Shown here one piece after another: positions 51,509 to 62,173 of a stretch of 64,000 bases of DNA; positions within the stretch are counted from its first letter, which is position 1, and the number at the start of each line of letters is the position of its first letter. Source of the DNA: Desulfurococcales archaeon (lineage in GTDB: Archaea; Thermoproteota; Thermoprotei_A; Sulfolobales; Desulfurococcaceae); the NCBI GenBank assembly GCA_027022365.1, contig JALVYU010000026.1, positions 384,001 through 448,000 on the forward strand. The letters run 5' to 3'. The notes beneath the pieces were generated by a model that was not told the origin of the DNA, made no database searches, and worked only from the letters and a program-made list of their open reading frames with translations. The translations under genes and the position numbers were made by a program.

Positions 51509-52930
51509 CTATATAACTTGCCTGATCTTTATGGAATGTATCTCTGTTTCTTTCCTCCCGTAAGCCTCTGCTATAATGTCTCCGTATTCGATTTCTCCTA
51601 TTTGTTTCAGCATGTTATAGAGTAGCTGAACTCCCTTGTCATAGTCTATCCGCTTGTCTTCCTTCACCACTCTAATCCTATATGGCCTGATACCGTATCT
51701 AATCGTTAATTCCTCCGAGATCTTATGATCTGCCGAGCCGGCATATACATCCACTTGTGGACGGTATCTAGAAATGAGCGAGGGTATTGTTCCCGTTTTT
51801 GTATAGACCAGTATCTTTGCATTGATATGTTCGGCTAGTAAGGTTAGTCCAAGTGCATATTTTTCGCGCAGTGTGCTGGCAGAATCGGATCTTATCGACT
51901 CTATACTTGTCTTGTTGATATTTGCTTCAGCTATACGCACTATTCTTTTCAACCATCTAATAGTTTCTATCGGATATTTGCCTGTAGCGGTCTCGTTTGT
52001 TAGGAGCAATGCGTCTATGAGATCCATTACTGCATTCATAACGTCAACTACTTCGCTCCTACTTGGCCTAGGGTAGTTGACCATTGTTTCTAGGAGTTGT
52101 GTGGCTACAATGCTGGGTTTACCGTATTTTAGTGATAAATGGGCGATCCTTTTCTGCAGGAACGGTAGTTCTTCGAGAGAATAGTGCATGCCTAGGTCTC
52201 CACGAGCTATAATGACAGCGTCTGAAGCCTCTATAATGCTTCTGAGATTATTAACAGCGGATCTGGTCTCGATCTTAGCGACCAGTTTAAGGGGATCCCT
52301 GGTGAGCCTACCAACAAGATCTCTTACGACTTCCACGTCTTTTGACGTCCTAACATAGCTTAGGGCTAGGAATGTTATGTCTTTATTCACACTATACTTC
52401 ACATATTGTACATCGCGTTCGGTCAACGAGGGTAGATTGATTTCTTTTCCGTGTATGACAAGTGTTTTATGTGGTAGAAGGACGCCGTCGTTTAAAGCTG
52501 TTGCTACTGCTTGGTTTTCCGATACATCCTCTACTCTAAGCATTATTTTCCCGTCATCAAGTAGTACGAGATCACCGATCTCGAGTGTTTCGAAAACCTT
52601 CTTTATAGGTATTGGAATAGTTTTTTCTTCCGAGGCGGAATTTCCTAGGACTAGGAGTATTTTGTCCTTGGTATGTATTTCCTGAGGTTTTATGTCTCCT
52701 ATTCTTATTTGGGGGCCTGGGAGATCACCCATTATTGATACTACGGTGTCCAGCTCGGCAGAAGCGTCGCGGATATAATTGATCCATTCGTCCCAGATCT
52801 TTGGTTCTCCATGAGAGTAATTTATTCTGAAACAGCTGACGCCCTCCGATATCAGTCTCTTTATTATTTCGTAGCTATTTGTCGCTGGGCCCACTGTCGC
52901 GATTATCTTAACACGTGTCGGTGAAGCCAA
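51509..52930 (-). CDS. pyk: Pyruvate kinase
   Basis: KIIATVGPA, RINYSHG, AKIET, IARGDLG, ATQLLETM; TTG at 52930 after GGTGA. Confidence 0.93.
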   Translation of the reverse strand: MASPTRVKIIATVGPATNSYEIIKRLISEGVSCFRINYSHGEPKIWDEWINYIRDASAELDTVVSIMGDLPGPQIRIGDIKPQEIHTKDKILLVLGNSASEEKTIPIPIKKVFETLEIGDLVLLDDGKIMLRVEDVSENQAVATALNDGVLLPHKTLVIHGKEINLPSLTERDVQYVKYSVNKDITFLALSYVRTSKDVEVVRDLVGRLTRDPLKLVAKIETRSAVNNLRSIIEASDAVIIARGDLGMHYSLEELPFLQKRIAHLSLKYGKPSIVATQLLETMVNYPRPSRSEVVDVMNAVMDLIDALLLTNETATGKYPIETIRWLKRIVRIAEANINKTSIESIRSDSASTLREKYALGLTLLAEHINAKILVYTKTGTIPSLISRYRPQVDVYAGSADHKISEELTIRYGIRPYRIRVVKEDKRIDYDKGVQLLYNMLKQIGEIEYGDIIAEAYGRKETEIHSIKIRQVI

Positions 52931-52934
52931 AAGA

Positions 52935-53192
52935 TCACCTCTGTGATTCCTTATATTCCTTAACAGCTTCTTCTTTTGATATCTCTTTTGCACTAGTTAT
53001 CATAACGTAGCCTACATACATTATGAAACCCGAAACTCCAAATATCGCTATTAGTACAGCCGCTCTTATGAGGAGGTCAGAAAATCTGATGCCGCCGACA
53101 TACATGTCTGGAGCGATAACTAGGCCGATAAAATATACGAGAGCAAGCGTAAACCCGAGAATAATAAGTGCTATCCCTAGGGAACGGCTCAT
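52935..53192 (-). CDS. Small membrane protein (2 TM)
   Basis: Two hydrophobic helices and a charged tail; in operon with pyk. Confidence 0.7.
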   Translation of the reverse strand: MSRSLGIALIILGFTLALVYFIGLVIAPDMYVGGIRFSDLLIRAAVLIAIFGVSGFIMYVGYVMITSAKEISKEEAVKEYKESQR

Positions 53193-53215
53193 CTTCGATC
53201 AGACCCTAATAACCA

Positions 53216-53527
53216 CTAGATTAAGCCTATTACTTCTCTTACTTTTTTGCCTGGTAGTATACCTAGTTCTTTAGCCTTAGTGGTAGAGGCCTTAATCTGT
53301 GCATCCAGCAAGTCCTCCACAGTCTTAACACCCGAAACCGTTGCGGCGATAAGACCTAGTTTCTCGCACACATCGATATTTAGATACCCGCACATAATGA
53401 AGCCTTTTTCTCCTCTTAGTAGAACCAGGTTAGGCGCGTTTGGAAGCTCTATCTCTATGCCCGTCAGACTGTGATCATTGATATTAAAGTTCTTAATTCT
53501 TATTGATGTATAGGGTAGATTATCCAT
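53216..53527 (-). CDS. YunC/DUF1805 family protein
   Basis: KGFIMCGYLNI, AATVSGVKTVEDLL. Confidence 0.85.
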   Translation of the reverse strand: MDNLPYTSIRIKNFNINDHSLTGIEIELPNAPNLVLLRGEKGFIMCGYLNIDVCEKLGLIAATVSGVKTVEDLLDAQIKASTTKAKELGILPGKKVREVIGLI

Positions 53528-53645
53528 ACAATCACCATTTCATATTTTTGCTTAAATACAGTATTAGAATCTTAACTGTAACTAAAAAGCTAACTACGCT
53601 ATCGATATTTTGATTTATGGCATTAAGGAGTGGAGGAGTTAATGG

Positions 53646-53770
53646 CGGCCCGATCCCAGCTTGGGGCGGCTGCGAGGCCTCGCGGACCTCACGGCCCACC
53701 CCAACGTGGCCGGCTTAACTTCCGGGTTCGATATGAGTCCGGGTGTTGCCCGGCCACTATGGCCGGGTCG
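53646..53770 (-). rRNA. rrf: 5S rRNA (unlinked from 16S/23S)
   Basis: Minus strand: CGACCCGGCCATAGTGGCCGGGCAACACCCGGACTCATATCGAACCCGGAAGTTAAGCC... Confidence 0.95.
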
Positions 53771-53804
53771 GACCGCCGATAACCTAGATTAGAGTGGCTA
53801 GCTT

Positions 53805-54077
53805 TTAAGTTTTTCTTTCTTCGAGTTTTACCGAGTAAATAGCTTTTATCACTAATTCTCCGCCGCACTTGGGGCATTTCCCTTTGACGAGGGATATAAA
53901 GTCTCCTGGTTCGTAGTCTCTTTCTGCTTCGTAGCCGCACTTCTTACATACAATTATTTCTTTTGGGATATACTTGGCTTGTTTGGGTTTGCGCCTATAC
54001 TCCATGTATAATTGTATGACTAGTATTGCGAGAGCGACAAGTGTTAGTATGAGCATTGTGTTCTGGTCGAATATCAT
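53805..54077 (-). CDS. Membrane-anchored zinc-ribbon protein
   Basis: N-terminal TM helix, CKKCG...CPKCGG. Confidence 0.75.
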   Translation of the reverse strand: MIFDQNTMLILTLVALAILVIQLYMEYRRKPKQAKYIPKEIIVCKKCGYEAERDYEPGDFISLVKGKCPKCGGELVIKAIYSVKLEERKT

Positions 54078-55168
54078 CCCGGTACACCTAATGTGTTCCC
54101 TATTCCGGCCACTATTATTGTGGATTTGGGCTTGGTAGACTCTATTATTATTCTACGCACATATTCGAGGGCTTTTTCGCCTGCATCATATATTTCTTTT
54201 TTCATAGTATGTATTGCTTCGCCTAAATCCATCTTAATTACTAGTGCTTTAAGAGGAATACCGTACTTTGTCGTTGCTCTCTCTATGGCTATCTTTTCGG
54301 GTCCCGGATCACCTATTGCGGCTCCAATGCCCTCGGCTATTTCGCCCGTTTCTTCTCCCTCAAGCTTTAATGCAGCATCAATTGTTATGACGAGGTCGAC
54401 TCCGCCTTTGAGTTCCTCTACTAGGTCATAAAGAACATGGCCTGGCCTCCCGACATTGCTTCCTGGCCCTTCTGCCTTGATAACATATATTCTGCGATCA
54501 TCGAGCCATAGCTCCGTTATACTTGTATCCTCTACTACTTTCTTTGAGATCACCTTTCCTAGCTCGATCAGTCTATAGGCTACGAGAGGCCCTACGCTGT
54601 CACCTATTGGCGTGCCAGTTAGGAATGCATCTAGGGATTTATGATATGTTTCGACGATCCTCATTATTTGGGGCATAGCCATTTCTAATTGCATTAAAAG
54701 TATCCAGTTGTTCTCTTTCTCTCCAGATAATAAGTAGTGGCGGACAATTTTGTATATCTGGTTAATAACTCCAACTATAGATAATCCGGTCTCAACAAGG
54801 CTCCGTTCGTACTTTGTGGATGTAGGTATAGCTCGTTCAACCATTTTCCTGAAGCTTTTATCTCCCGTTATGATCAGGTGTTCTAGGCGTTTTATTATAT
54901 CAGTGGGCTCTATGTCCACTGGCTGTATTATAAAAAAGTCCATGGCACGCTTGATGAGTAGATCAGGAGATTTTACTCCCAGGTTTTTGAGTTGTCTCTC
55001 CACACGTGCCCGGTCTTGTTCTAGGTATGATTTTATGACTGACAACTTGTTCCTTATATCATAGCTCCATAGACGCATCTGGATCTTTTGGTTGGCCCCG
55101 GTGAATATCAGTATAAACAATATTATCCATATGAGCTGTGTTGCCAGCGAGACCCAGTCGGTCGCCAA
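54074..55168 (-). CDS. DUF1512 family protein
   Basis: PIGDSVGPL, IDAALKLEGE, GAAIGDPGPEK, GIGNT. Confidence 0.8.
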   Translation of the reverse strand: MATDWVSLATQLIWIILFILIFTGANQKIQMRLWSYDIRNKLSVIKSYLEQDRARVERQLKNLGVKSPDLLIKRAMDFFIIQPVDIEPTDIIKRLEHLIITGDKSFRKMVERAIPTSTKYERSLVETGLSIVGVINQIYKIVRHYLLSGEKENNWILLMQLEMAMPQIMRIVETYHKSLDAFLTGTPIGDSVGPLVAYRLIELGKVISKKVVEDTSITELWLDDRRIYVIKAEGPGSNVGRPGHVLYDLVEELKGGVDLVITIDAALKLEGEETGEIAEGIGAAIGDPGPEKIAIERATTKYGIPLKALVIKMDLGEAIHTMKKEIYDAGEKALEYVRRIIIESTKPKSTIIVAGIGNTLGVPG

Positions 55169-55246
55169 TAACTATTACACCTTAACACTCTGTCTCTCCT
55201 AGGGTGTAATGTACTCGTATCTTAATATTTTTAATCCAAACACGCC

Positions 55247-56152
55247 TTATAGAGTTGTAACGATAATTTCATCATCATTAACAACTATTGTATGTTCGAA
55301 CTGGGCAACTATTCCTCCTCCCCTCTCAATCAGTATGGGGTAAGACAAGATCACACCGTGGCGTTCAAGCATCTTAATAGTATTTCTTAAGCCATTAATA
55401 CTCGAAAACATGTCCTTGTACCATCGCTCACAGAACGGTAGAGTGCGTCTTTCACTCCATATTTTCTCGAACAATTTTCGCTCGTACATGGTTAGCCTAC
55501 CTCGTTTCTTTTTAATTGAGTATATGGTCTTCGTTTTCCCCTCCTTTACTAGTCCAACACCGTTGGTTGCGAAAGGCTCTATAGCATATACACCGTCCTC
55601 AAGCCTCCATCTGCTGAATATGTCGTTAAAGTTAGGTATGCTTTTGCCGCTATGTATAACGTATCGGTCGATACTATGGCCTGTCAGATTTCTTACTGGT
55701 TTATAGCCGTAGCTTTCTATAGTTGTCTCAATAATGTATCCAATCTCCTTGGCTTTTATCCCGGGTTTAAGAATAGATAGTGCAGCTTCTAGTGCTTTTC
55801 TTGTAGCCTCAAGGAGAGGCTCATAAACTGGATTGAATGTCACGGTTGTTGCGGTGTCAGCGATGTAACCATCGATATGTACTCCTATATCTATCTTTAT
55901 GACGGCGTTATCGGGGACTATAGTTTCATCATTAATGACTGGTGTATAATGTGCAGCGATTTCGTTAATACTTAGATTTGTCGGGAAAGCAGGTTCACCG
56001 CCTAGCTCCCTTATCCTGTTCTCAATATGCTCTGCGAGATCAATGAGTTTCATCCCAGGTTTTACCATCTTCGCAGCTTCTTCACGAACGATCTTTGCTA
56101 TTCTTCCAGCTCTGACCAGCTTGTCTATAGCTTCGTCGTCTAGTTTACCCAA
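55247..56152 (-). CDS. map: Type II methionine aminopeptidase
   Basis: AAHYTP, DIGVHIDGYIADTA, NLTGH, AIEPFAT, AQFEHT. Confidence 0.96.
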   Translation of the reverse strand: MGKLDDEAIDKLVRAGRIAKIVREEAAKMVKPGMKLIDLAEHIENRIRELGGEPAFPTNLSINEIAAHYTPVINDETIVPDNAVIKIDIGVHIDGYIADTATTVTFNPVYEPLLEATRKALEAALSILKPGIKAKEIGYIIETTIESYGYKPVRNLTGHSIDRYVIHSGKSIPNFNDIFSRWRLEDGVYAIEPFATNGVGLVKEGKTKTIYSIKKKRGRLTMYERKLFEKIWSERRTLPFCERWYKDMFSSINGLRNTIKMLERHGVILSYPILIERGGGIVAQFEHTIVVNDDEIIVTTL

Positions 56153-56266
56153 TAGTTTTCACCAATATAGTAGAGCTTACCGAAGAATATTATGTTTCTT
56201 GTTTAAAGATTTATTTCGGGTATAGTCACTAAAAGAATAAACGGAATAAATGCGCAGTTCTAAGGG

Positions 56267-56962
56267 GTGATAATCATGGCCATAATAAAGTATCTGGGCC
56301 ACTCAGCATTCGAGGTAGTATTGACAGGTCTTGACGGCAAGGAGAAAACAATATTGATCGATCCATGGCTAGAAAACCCGCTTAGCCCGGTTAAAGTAGA
56401 TGATTATAAGAAAAAGCCTATTGACTACATATTTGTCACACATGATCATGGTGACCACATAGGAAATGCTATTGAAATAGCCAAAGCCACAGGCGCCAAG
56501 ATAGTCGGCGTATTTGAGGTAGCCCTTTATGCAAATGAGCAAGGAGTAGATGCTGTGGACGGAAATATTGGCGGAAAACTAAAGATTCCGGATCTAGAAG
56601 TGGTTATGACACCAGCCCTGCATAGTAGCCAGCGCGGCGTCCCCGTAGGATTTGTGATCAGAGGAAAAGACATAAGCATATATCATGCAGGCGATACCGG
56701 TCTTTTCGCTGAAATGAGCCTTATAGGCGAGCTATACTCTCCCGATATAGCAATGCTCCCGATAGGTGGGCACTATACTATGGGCGTGAAGGAGGCTGTA
56801 AAAGCAGTACATATGATAAGACCGAGAATAGCAATACCCATGCACTATAATACATTCCCACCTATAAAAACCGATCCTGAGAAGTTCAAAGAACTAGTTG
56901 AAAATACCACTACGACGAAGGTCGTAATACTAAAACCTGGAGAAACACTTACCTATCCATAA
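56267..56962 (+). CDS. Metallo-beta-lactamase-fold hydrolase (UPF0173)
   Basis: THDHGDH, YHAGDT, PIGGHYTM, IPMHY. Confidence 0.9.
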   Translation: MIIMAIIKYLGHSAFEVVLTGLDGKEKTILIDPWLENPLSPVKVDDYKKKPIDYIFVTHDHGDHIGNAIEIAKATGAKIVGVFEVALYANEQGVDAVDGNIGGKLKIPDLEVVMTPALHSSQRGVPVGFVIRGKDISIYHAGDTGLFAEMSLIGELYSPDIAMLPIGGHYTMGVKEAVKAVHMIRPRIAIPMHYNTFPPIKTDPEKFKELVENTTTTKVVILKPGETLTYP

Positions 56963-57036
56963 CATGTTATCTTGTTTATTTAATCAATGATAATATTTTT
57001 ATATGAAACAATATAAGAATTGAATATTCTCAGTTA

Positions 57037-57146
57037 GCGGCCCGGGGAGACAGCCCCACCCCCACTATTAAGAGCCCGTGTGAGCAGAGCCGTACGGCTT
57101 CGATGATCACGGGTGTTAGTGGTGGGGGACAGCCCTAAAGGGCCGC
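57037..57146 (+). ncRNA. Candidate box H/ACA guide RNA
   Basis: Hairpin with lower stem CCCCACC/GGTGGGG, internal pocket, upper stem CCCGTG/CACGGG with TGA..GATGA K-turn, and ACA at 57129, 15 nt from the upper stem; closed by GCGGCCC/GGGCCGC. Confidence 0.7.
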
Positions 57147-57336
57147 AGAATTATCGATCTATAGGTTCATGGTTTATCGGATAAATAATCATAGATCTAG
57201 ATATTGATTATATTTAATGGTGTAAACAATGATTTAATACCGTAAATGTATAATCTGAACTCTAAAATAGCTATTTACACAGCAGAATAAGCGGGCGTAT
57301 CACGCTCATCACATTACCTAAACAACTAGGAAAAGG

Positions 57337-58644
57337 GTGATGATATTGACCAAGTACTTGATAAAAGCAAAAGTCGAAGTTAACGGCGCAGTGGAAAAAC
57401 ATGATATCATAGGGGCGATATTCGGTCAAACCGAAGGCTTGCTTGGCGAACAGTTCGATTTGAGAGCACTGCAGGACAAGGGGAGAATCGGGAGGATCCA
57501 GGTAAACACACGCACATATAATGGCAAGACCGTCGGCGAGATAATAATACCGAGCAATCTTGATCGGATAGAGACAGCACTAATAGCCGCAATGATAGAA
57601 AGTGTTGAGAGAGTAGGTCCCTACAATGCAAAAATACAAGTAGTCGACATTATCGATGTCAGGATGGAGAAGATTAAACGAATAGTTGAACGCGCTAAGG
57701 AAATATTGAGAATGTGGTCACGTACTAAATCGCCAGACCTCAAAGAGATACTGCTTGAAATACAACAGGCAATGAAGACACCCGAGCCCATAAAATATGG
57801 TCCAGAAGGACTACCAGCGGGACCGGATGTTGAACGAAGCGATACAATAATACTCGTAGAAGGACGTGCCGATGTAATTAACCTACTCAGATACGGTATA
57901 ACCAATACAATCGCTCTGGGCGGTGCAAGAAAAGTTCCAGAAACAATATCTAGTCTTGCTAAGAAGAAAAAGGTGATAGCCTTCCTGGACGGAGATCATG
58001 GCGGCGACTTAATACTAAAAGAAATACTGCGAAGCATAAAGGTAGATAAAATAGCAAGAGCTCCTCCTGGAAAGGAGGTTGAAGAGCTGACCGGGAGAGA
58101 AATCAAAGAAGCACTATCAAAGGCTATTCCTACCAAGAAGTACCTCGAGGATCTTATGGCAGCTGGAAGTAAAGAAGCACAATATCTCCTACAAGTACAA
58201 GAACGCCTAAGCAGACAAGCAGCCCCCCAGCCTCTTAAGAAACATGCTCCGAAGCCCCAGTTAGTTGAAGAGACAGTCAAGGAAAAAGAGGAAAAACCCA
58301 TTGAAAAAGAAAAGACCGAAACAAGACAGGTTGTCGAAGAAGTTATCAGTATACCAAAGAACATTAGATCAGACATTAAGTCGCTTCTAGGGACACTCGA
58401 GGCAATACTTTATACTGAAGACTGGAAACCAATCAAAAGAATACCTGTTAGAGACCTAGTCAACGTTCTCGACGAGCTAGACGAAGGCGCTGTTTATGCT
58501 GTAATATTTGATGGTATCGTTACACAGAGACTTGTTGAAAAAGCAGGTGCTAAAAAAGTTAAACTATTGATAGGTGCTAAAATAGGAAAGATTAATGAAA
58601 AACCTCAAGATGTAATAATTCTTACATTTAATGATCTATTATAA
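57337..58644 (+). CDS. dnaG: Archaeal DnaG (exosome-associated TOPRIM protein)
   Basis: DIIGAIFGQTEGL, VEGRADV, FLDGDHGG, GKEVEEL. Confidence 0.93.
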   Translation: MMILTKYLIKAKVEVNGAVEKHDIIGAIFGQTEGLLGEQFDLRALQDKGRIGRIQVNTRTYNGKTVGEIIIPSNLDRIETALIAAMIESVERVGPYNAKIQVVDIIDVRMEKIKRIVERAKEILRMWSRTKSPDLKEILLEIQQAMKTPEPIKYGPEGLPAGPDVERSDTIILVEGRADVINLLRYGITNTIALGGARKVPETISSLAKKKKVIAFLDGDHGGDLILKEILRSIKVDKIARAPPGKEVEELTGREIKEALSKAIPTKKYLEDLMAAGSKEAQYLLQVQERLSRQAAPQPLKKHAPKPQLVEETVKEKEEKPIEKEKTETRQVVEEVISIPKNIRSDIKSLLGTLEAILYTEDWKPIKRIPVRDLVNVLDELDEGAVYAVIFDGIVTQRLVEKAGAKKVKLLIGAKIGKINEKPQDVIILTFNDLL

Positions 58645-58651
58645 CACAATA

Positions 58652-61060
58652 CTATTTTTTACTGCCGAAAAAATCGAACAGGCTTTTTTGCCCGGCTGTC
58701 CGGGCAGCCATTTTTAGTTGCGTTTCAGAAACGCCGAAATAGCCTAGAATTCTCATTGCTGCAGGAATTATCTGGTGATCAATATAATACTCTGTATCAA
58801 CGACCTTGGGATCCTTGACTAGGATATATGGCTCTGCCCGACTCGAGATCTTACCACTACCCTTAGCTATGATATATCCTACTTTATCACCTGTTGAGAG
58901 CTTTAAACCTAGTCTCATCAGCTTTTTCGCGGCAACAACATGTGGTGCGTCAACGCTATATTCTTCAAGCCTCTTAGAAAGTGTTTTCCAGATTATGAGT
59001 TTGTTGAGAGGTACTTTACCCTGCTTAAGATCCGCTATTACTTTTCTCACATACTCTATTGCTTTCTCGGTACTTCTCTCCTTCAACAATATCTCTGTGA
59101 TCTTTTCCTGTACCTCCTTTGCGATCTCTGCCCAATCACCTCTAACGGCTTCAAAGCCAACAATGTCTATTCTTCCGTCGCTCAATAAGCCCGCATATCT
59201 TTTCTTTGCCTCAGTGAAGAATATGCGTTTATAGATCTTGTCGATCTTAATGTCTAGGCCGAGCTCATCCCTGATTCTCCTTATTAGTTCTTCGATTTTC
59301 TCCTTGTCATATGTAACAAATAGCGAATCGGTATCTCCATATATTACCTTAAGGCCAAGTGATTCAGCAATTTTAATGGCGTAACGTATGGTCTGGCGCC
59401 CCCACGCCGTCACGGCTTCTGCGCATTCCCTACAATACCATCTTGCGCCGACCCAGCCCATATAGCCATAAGTAGCATTAGCGAGAATCTTAACTGCTTT
59501 CTGTCTTTCATTCAATAATCTGTATTCATAGCTATCCGGGGGATACTTCTTCATTTCCTCCTTAATGGATTTCCTAAGCTCCAGAAGCGTTAACAGTACT
59601 TTCTTAAAGAACCCTTCAGGTTCCTTTCTGAAACAGTGACCTACTTCTGGTGCTACATAATGTTTTTCAGGATTGCATGCTTCGTCTCTAACTATGGTGT
59701 CCGGACCAACGTTATATTTTATCATAATACTGGGATACATGCTCGAGAAGTCGAGCACCGCGATGTTCTCATGTACTCCTTTTACCGGCTTAAGAACCAC
59801 CGCACCGCGATAAGACTCGTATGGTCTCTCGATCCTATTGGGTACTAGCTCATTATATCTATATGCCTCCCTCATTAGATACCATTCTAGCCTAAATCCG
59901 ACACTGGCTGCTCCGACCTGGTCCAGGGGTAATCCCGTTAAATTCGCTAGTTGCATGCCAAACGGAACGAATTTCTCCATTAAGCCAAAAGTCGCCTCGA
60001 CATCTTCTCTGTTGTATCTAAGGAGAAGAGGTCTGAGTTTCGGATCATCCCAGTACTTCGGCATATCTAAGTAATCTATTAGTATTCTCTCACTTTTCTT
60101 CATAACACCTAGATAGTCGGCAACATTTTCCAAAGACTTAATCTTTACCTCAGGTATTTCTTCAGCATAATCATACAGATCAACGTTTAAACGGCCGGGA
60201 ACGGATATATGTCCATATGTACTCGTCCTAGGAACTACACCTACTCGTCTTGACACATCTAGGCGTAAACCTATCTTCTTAGTTCTCTCGATCAGATATG
60301 GCCAATCGAAGCCATTACTATTATAACCAACGATTATGTCGGGATCATATGTTTTAATATAGTTAATAAAACCATTTATAGCCACACGATCATCTTTATC
60401 ATTGGCTAGAAACTGTTTGAAACCATTATCAGTATCCTTAACACCTATTATTATCACAGGATCTTTTTCGGGTTTAGGACTACCGCTTTTTGTATAAACC
60501 TCTATATCAAATGCCGCATACCTTAGATCTTTAGGCGGTGTTGTATCGTTTAGCGGCTCTATATTCCCGACTATTTCATATTCTTCGTCAACACGGTACC
60601 CCGGCTTCTTAGGGATCTTCCTTACTTCGGCTTTGTGCCACCCGCAAGGTCGGAGATCATGATCGATTATATATCTCATGCTGAACCTTATGTCTGCTTC
60701 AACAACATCCCTAATTCCCTTTATCTTCCTAATTTTTTCTCTATATCTTCTAACACTCTCCGGGATCATAGTGGTTATTTTGAGAGCCTGCACAGGCTTT
60801 CCGAAATATTTCTTTTCTGTGAAGGAGATATCTATTATCGGTGAACGTGGATCTGATAAGGATTTTATTTCTCGAATAATTCGTCCTACATCCGTGCCCT
60901 CCTCGAGGATAGCATAAAAGTACGGTCTGAACCTCTTATCTCGCAACAGAATTCTTTTTCCATCCCGAGTTACACCCCATATGATTATGTGGGGCTCCGC
61001 ACCGACAACCTCGTAGGTATTATCAAGGAAATAGAACTCTATAATCATGTAAACACCCAT
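58652..61060 (-). CDS. polB: Family B DNA polymerase (PolB3-type)
   Basis: FDIEV exo I, YNSNGFD, DFSSMYPS, KILANATYGY, YGDTDS; C-terminal QKSLFDFF PIP box. Confidence 0.95.
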   Translation of the reverse strand: MGVYMIIEFYFLDNTYEVVGAEPHIIIWGVTRDGKRILLRDKRFRPYFYAILEEGTDVGRIIREIKSLSDPRSPIIDISFTEKKYFGKPVQALKITTMIPESVRRYREKIRKIKGIRDVVEADIRFSMRYIIDHDLRPCGWHKAEVRKIPKKPGYRVDEEYEIVGNIEPLNDTTPPKDLRYAAFDIEVYTKSGSPKPEKDPVIIIGVKDTDNGFKQFLANDKDDRVAINGFINYIKTYDPDIIVGYNSNGFDWPYLIERTKKIGLRLDVSRRVGVVPRTSTYGHISVPGRLNVDLYDYAEEIPEVKIKSLENVADYLGVMKKSERILIDYLDMPKYWDDPKLRPLLLRYNREDVEATFGLMEKFVPFGMQLANLTGLPLDQVGAASVGFRLEWYLMREAYRYNELVPNRIERPYESYRGAVVLKPVKGVHENIAVLDFSSMYPSIMIKYNVGPDTIVRDEACNPEKHYVAPEVGHCFRKEPEGFFKKVLLTLLELRKSIKEEMKKYPPDSYEYRLLNERQKAVKILANATYGYMGWVGARWYCRECAEAVTAWGRQTIRYAIKIAESLGLKVIYGDTDSLFVTYDKEKIEELIRRIRDELGLDIKIDKIYKRIFFTEAKKRYAGLLSDGRIDIVGFEAVRGDWAEIAKEVQEKITEILLKERSTEKAIEYVRKVIADLKQGKVPLNKLIIWKTLSKRLEEYSVDAPHVVAAKKLMRLGLKLSTGDKVGYIIAKGSGKISSRAEPYILVKDPKVVDTEYYIDHQIIPAAMRILGYFGVSETQLKMAARTAGQKSLFDFFGSKK

Positions 61061-61106
61061 AATTCATCTATATTAATAGAGTTAGATAACTATTAATTCC
61101 TCTTGA

Positions 61107-62171
61107 GTGAGGGCTTTGAAGATATTAGAGAAGGATCTAAGGAAAGGTATAGTCAAGCTAATACCCGAGGATCAGGATGATATATGGCTACTCTATAATG
61201 TAATAACGCCGGGTGATCATGTTACAGCACAGACTACCAGAGACGTAAAAGTCGAGGGGGGCAACAGTCGACGTATACCAATGACTCTGACTATAAGGGT
61301 AAAGGCGCTAGAGTTCCAGCCTTTTACCGATAGACTAAGAATACGTGGAATAGTGGTTGAAGGCCCAGAAAGGTTCGGTGTTAAGGGGCATTACCATACA
61401 ATAAATGTTGAGCCAGGAAAACCTATAGTAATTTATAAGGAACGCTGGCCCGCACATATATTGAAAAGACTTGAGAAAGCCCTAGAGAGGAGGCCTAGGA
61501 TATTTCTAGTAGCCATTGACTATGATGATGTCGCCATAGCTCTCATGTCTGAGCAAGGCATTAAGACTTTATATGAGGAGGCATTGAGACTTCCCGGTAA
61601 GAACGAGCCAGTTGATTTCGACAAGATACTTGACAGGTTCTTAGATAGAATCGGTAAGATCATTGCAGAATATGTCTCTAGATACGGTGCTCGCTCCGTC
61701 ATAATAGGTAGCCCAAGCATGCTAAGACAGAGATTGTCATCAATTATCAAAGAAAAAATTGGAAACACAATAGTAATCAGCGATAATGTATCTATGGGTG
61801 GTATGCCTGGCATTAGGGAACTAATGCATAGAGATAGTGTTAAGAAAGCGTTGAAAGAAGCCAGTCTTATGAGGGCACAAGAGGCCTTGGCTGAATTTAG
61901 AAAGTTATTAATGACTAATGATAAAATGATCGCCTATGGGATCGATGATGTTGAACGTGCCGTCATGTTAAACGCCATCGACAAAATAGTTGTTTCGGAG
62001 GAGCTATTACGGACATACAATGAACATGAGCGGAGACGTATAGATAAAATCCTAGAAGAAGCATATAGGAGGAGGGCTGAAATAATCGTTGTTCCAAGGG
62101 AATCACCTATCTACTACGAGCTTGAAGGCCTTGGAGGTATTATTGCAATATTGAGATTTCCGATTAGCTAG
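61107..62171 (+). CDS. pelA: mRNA surveillance protein Pelota
   Basis: DDIWLLYN, RLRIRG, GHYHTINV, GLGGIIAILRF. Confidence 0.94.
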   Translation: MRALKILEKDLRKGIVKLIPEDQDDIWLLYNVITPGDHVTAQTTRDVKVEGGNSRRIPMTLTIRVKALEFQPFTDRLRIRGIVVEGPERFGVKGHYHTINVEPGKPIVIYKERWPAHILKRLEKALERRPRIFLVAIDYDDVAIALMSEQGIKTLYEEALRLPGKNEPVDFDKILDRFLDRIGKIIAEYVSRYGARSVIIGSPSMLRQRLSSIIKEKIGNTIVISDNVSMGGMPGIRELMHRDSVKKALKEASLMRAQEALAEFRKLLMTNDKMIAYGIDDVERAVMLNAIDKIVVSEELLRTYNEHERRRIDKILEEAYRRRAEIIVVPRESPIYYELEGLGGIIAILRFPIS

Positions 62172-62173
62172 TT

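Noticed and set aside
53689-53940. 83-aa basic ORF
   Set aside because: Overlaps the 5S rRNA and a real CDS in another frame.
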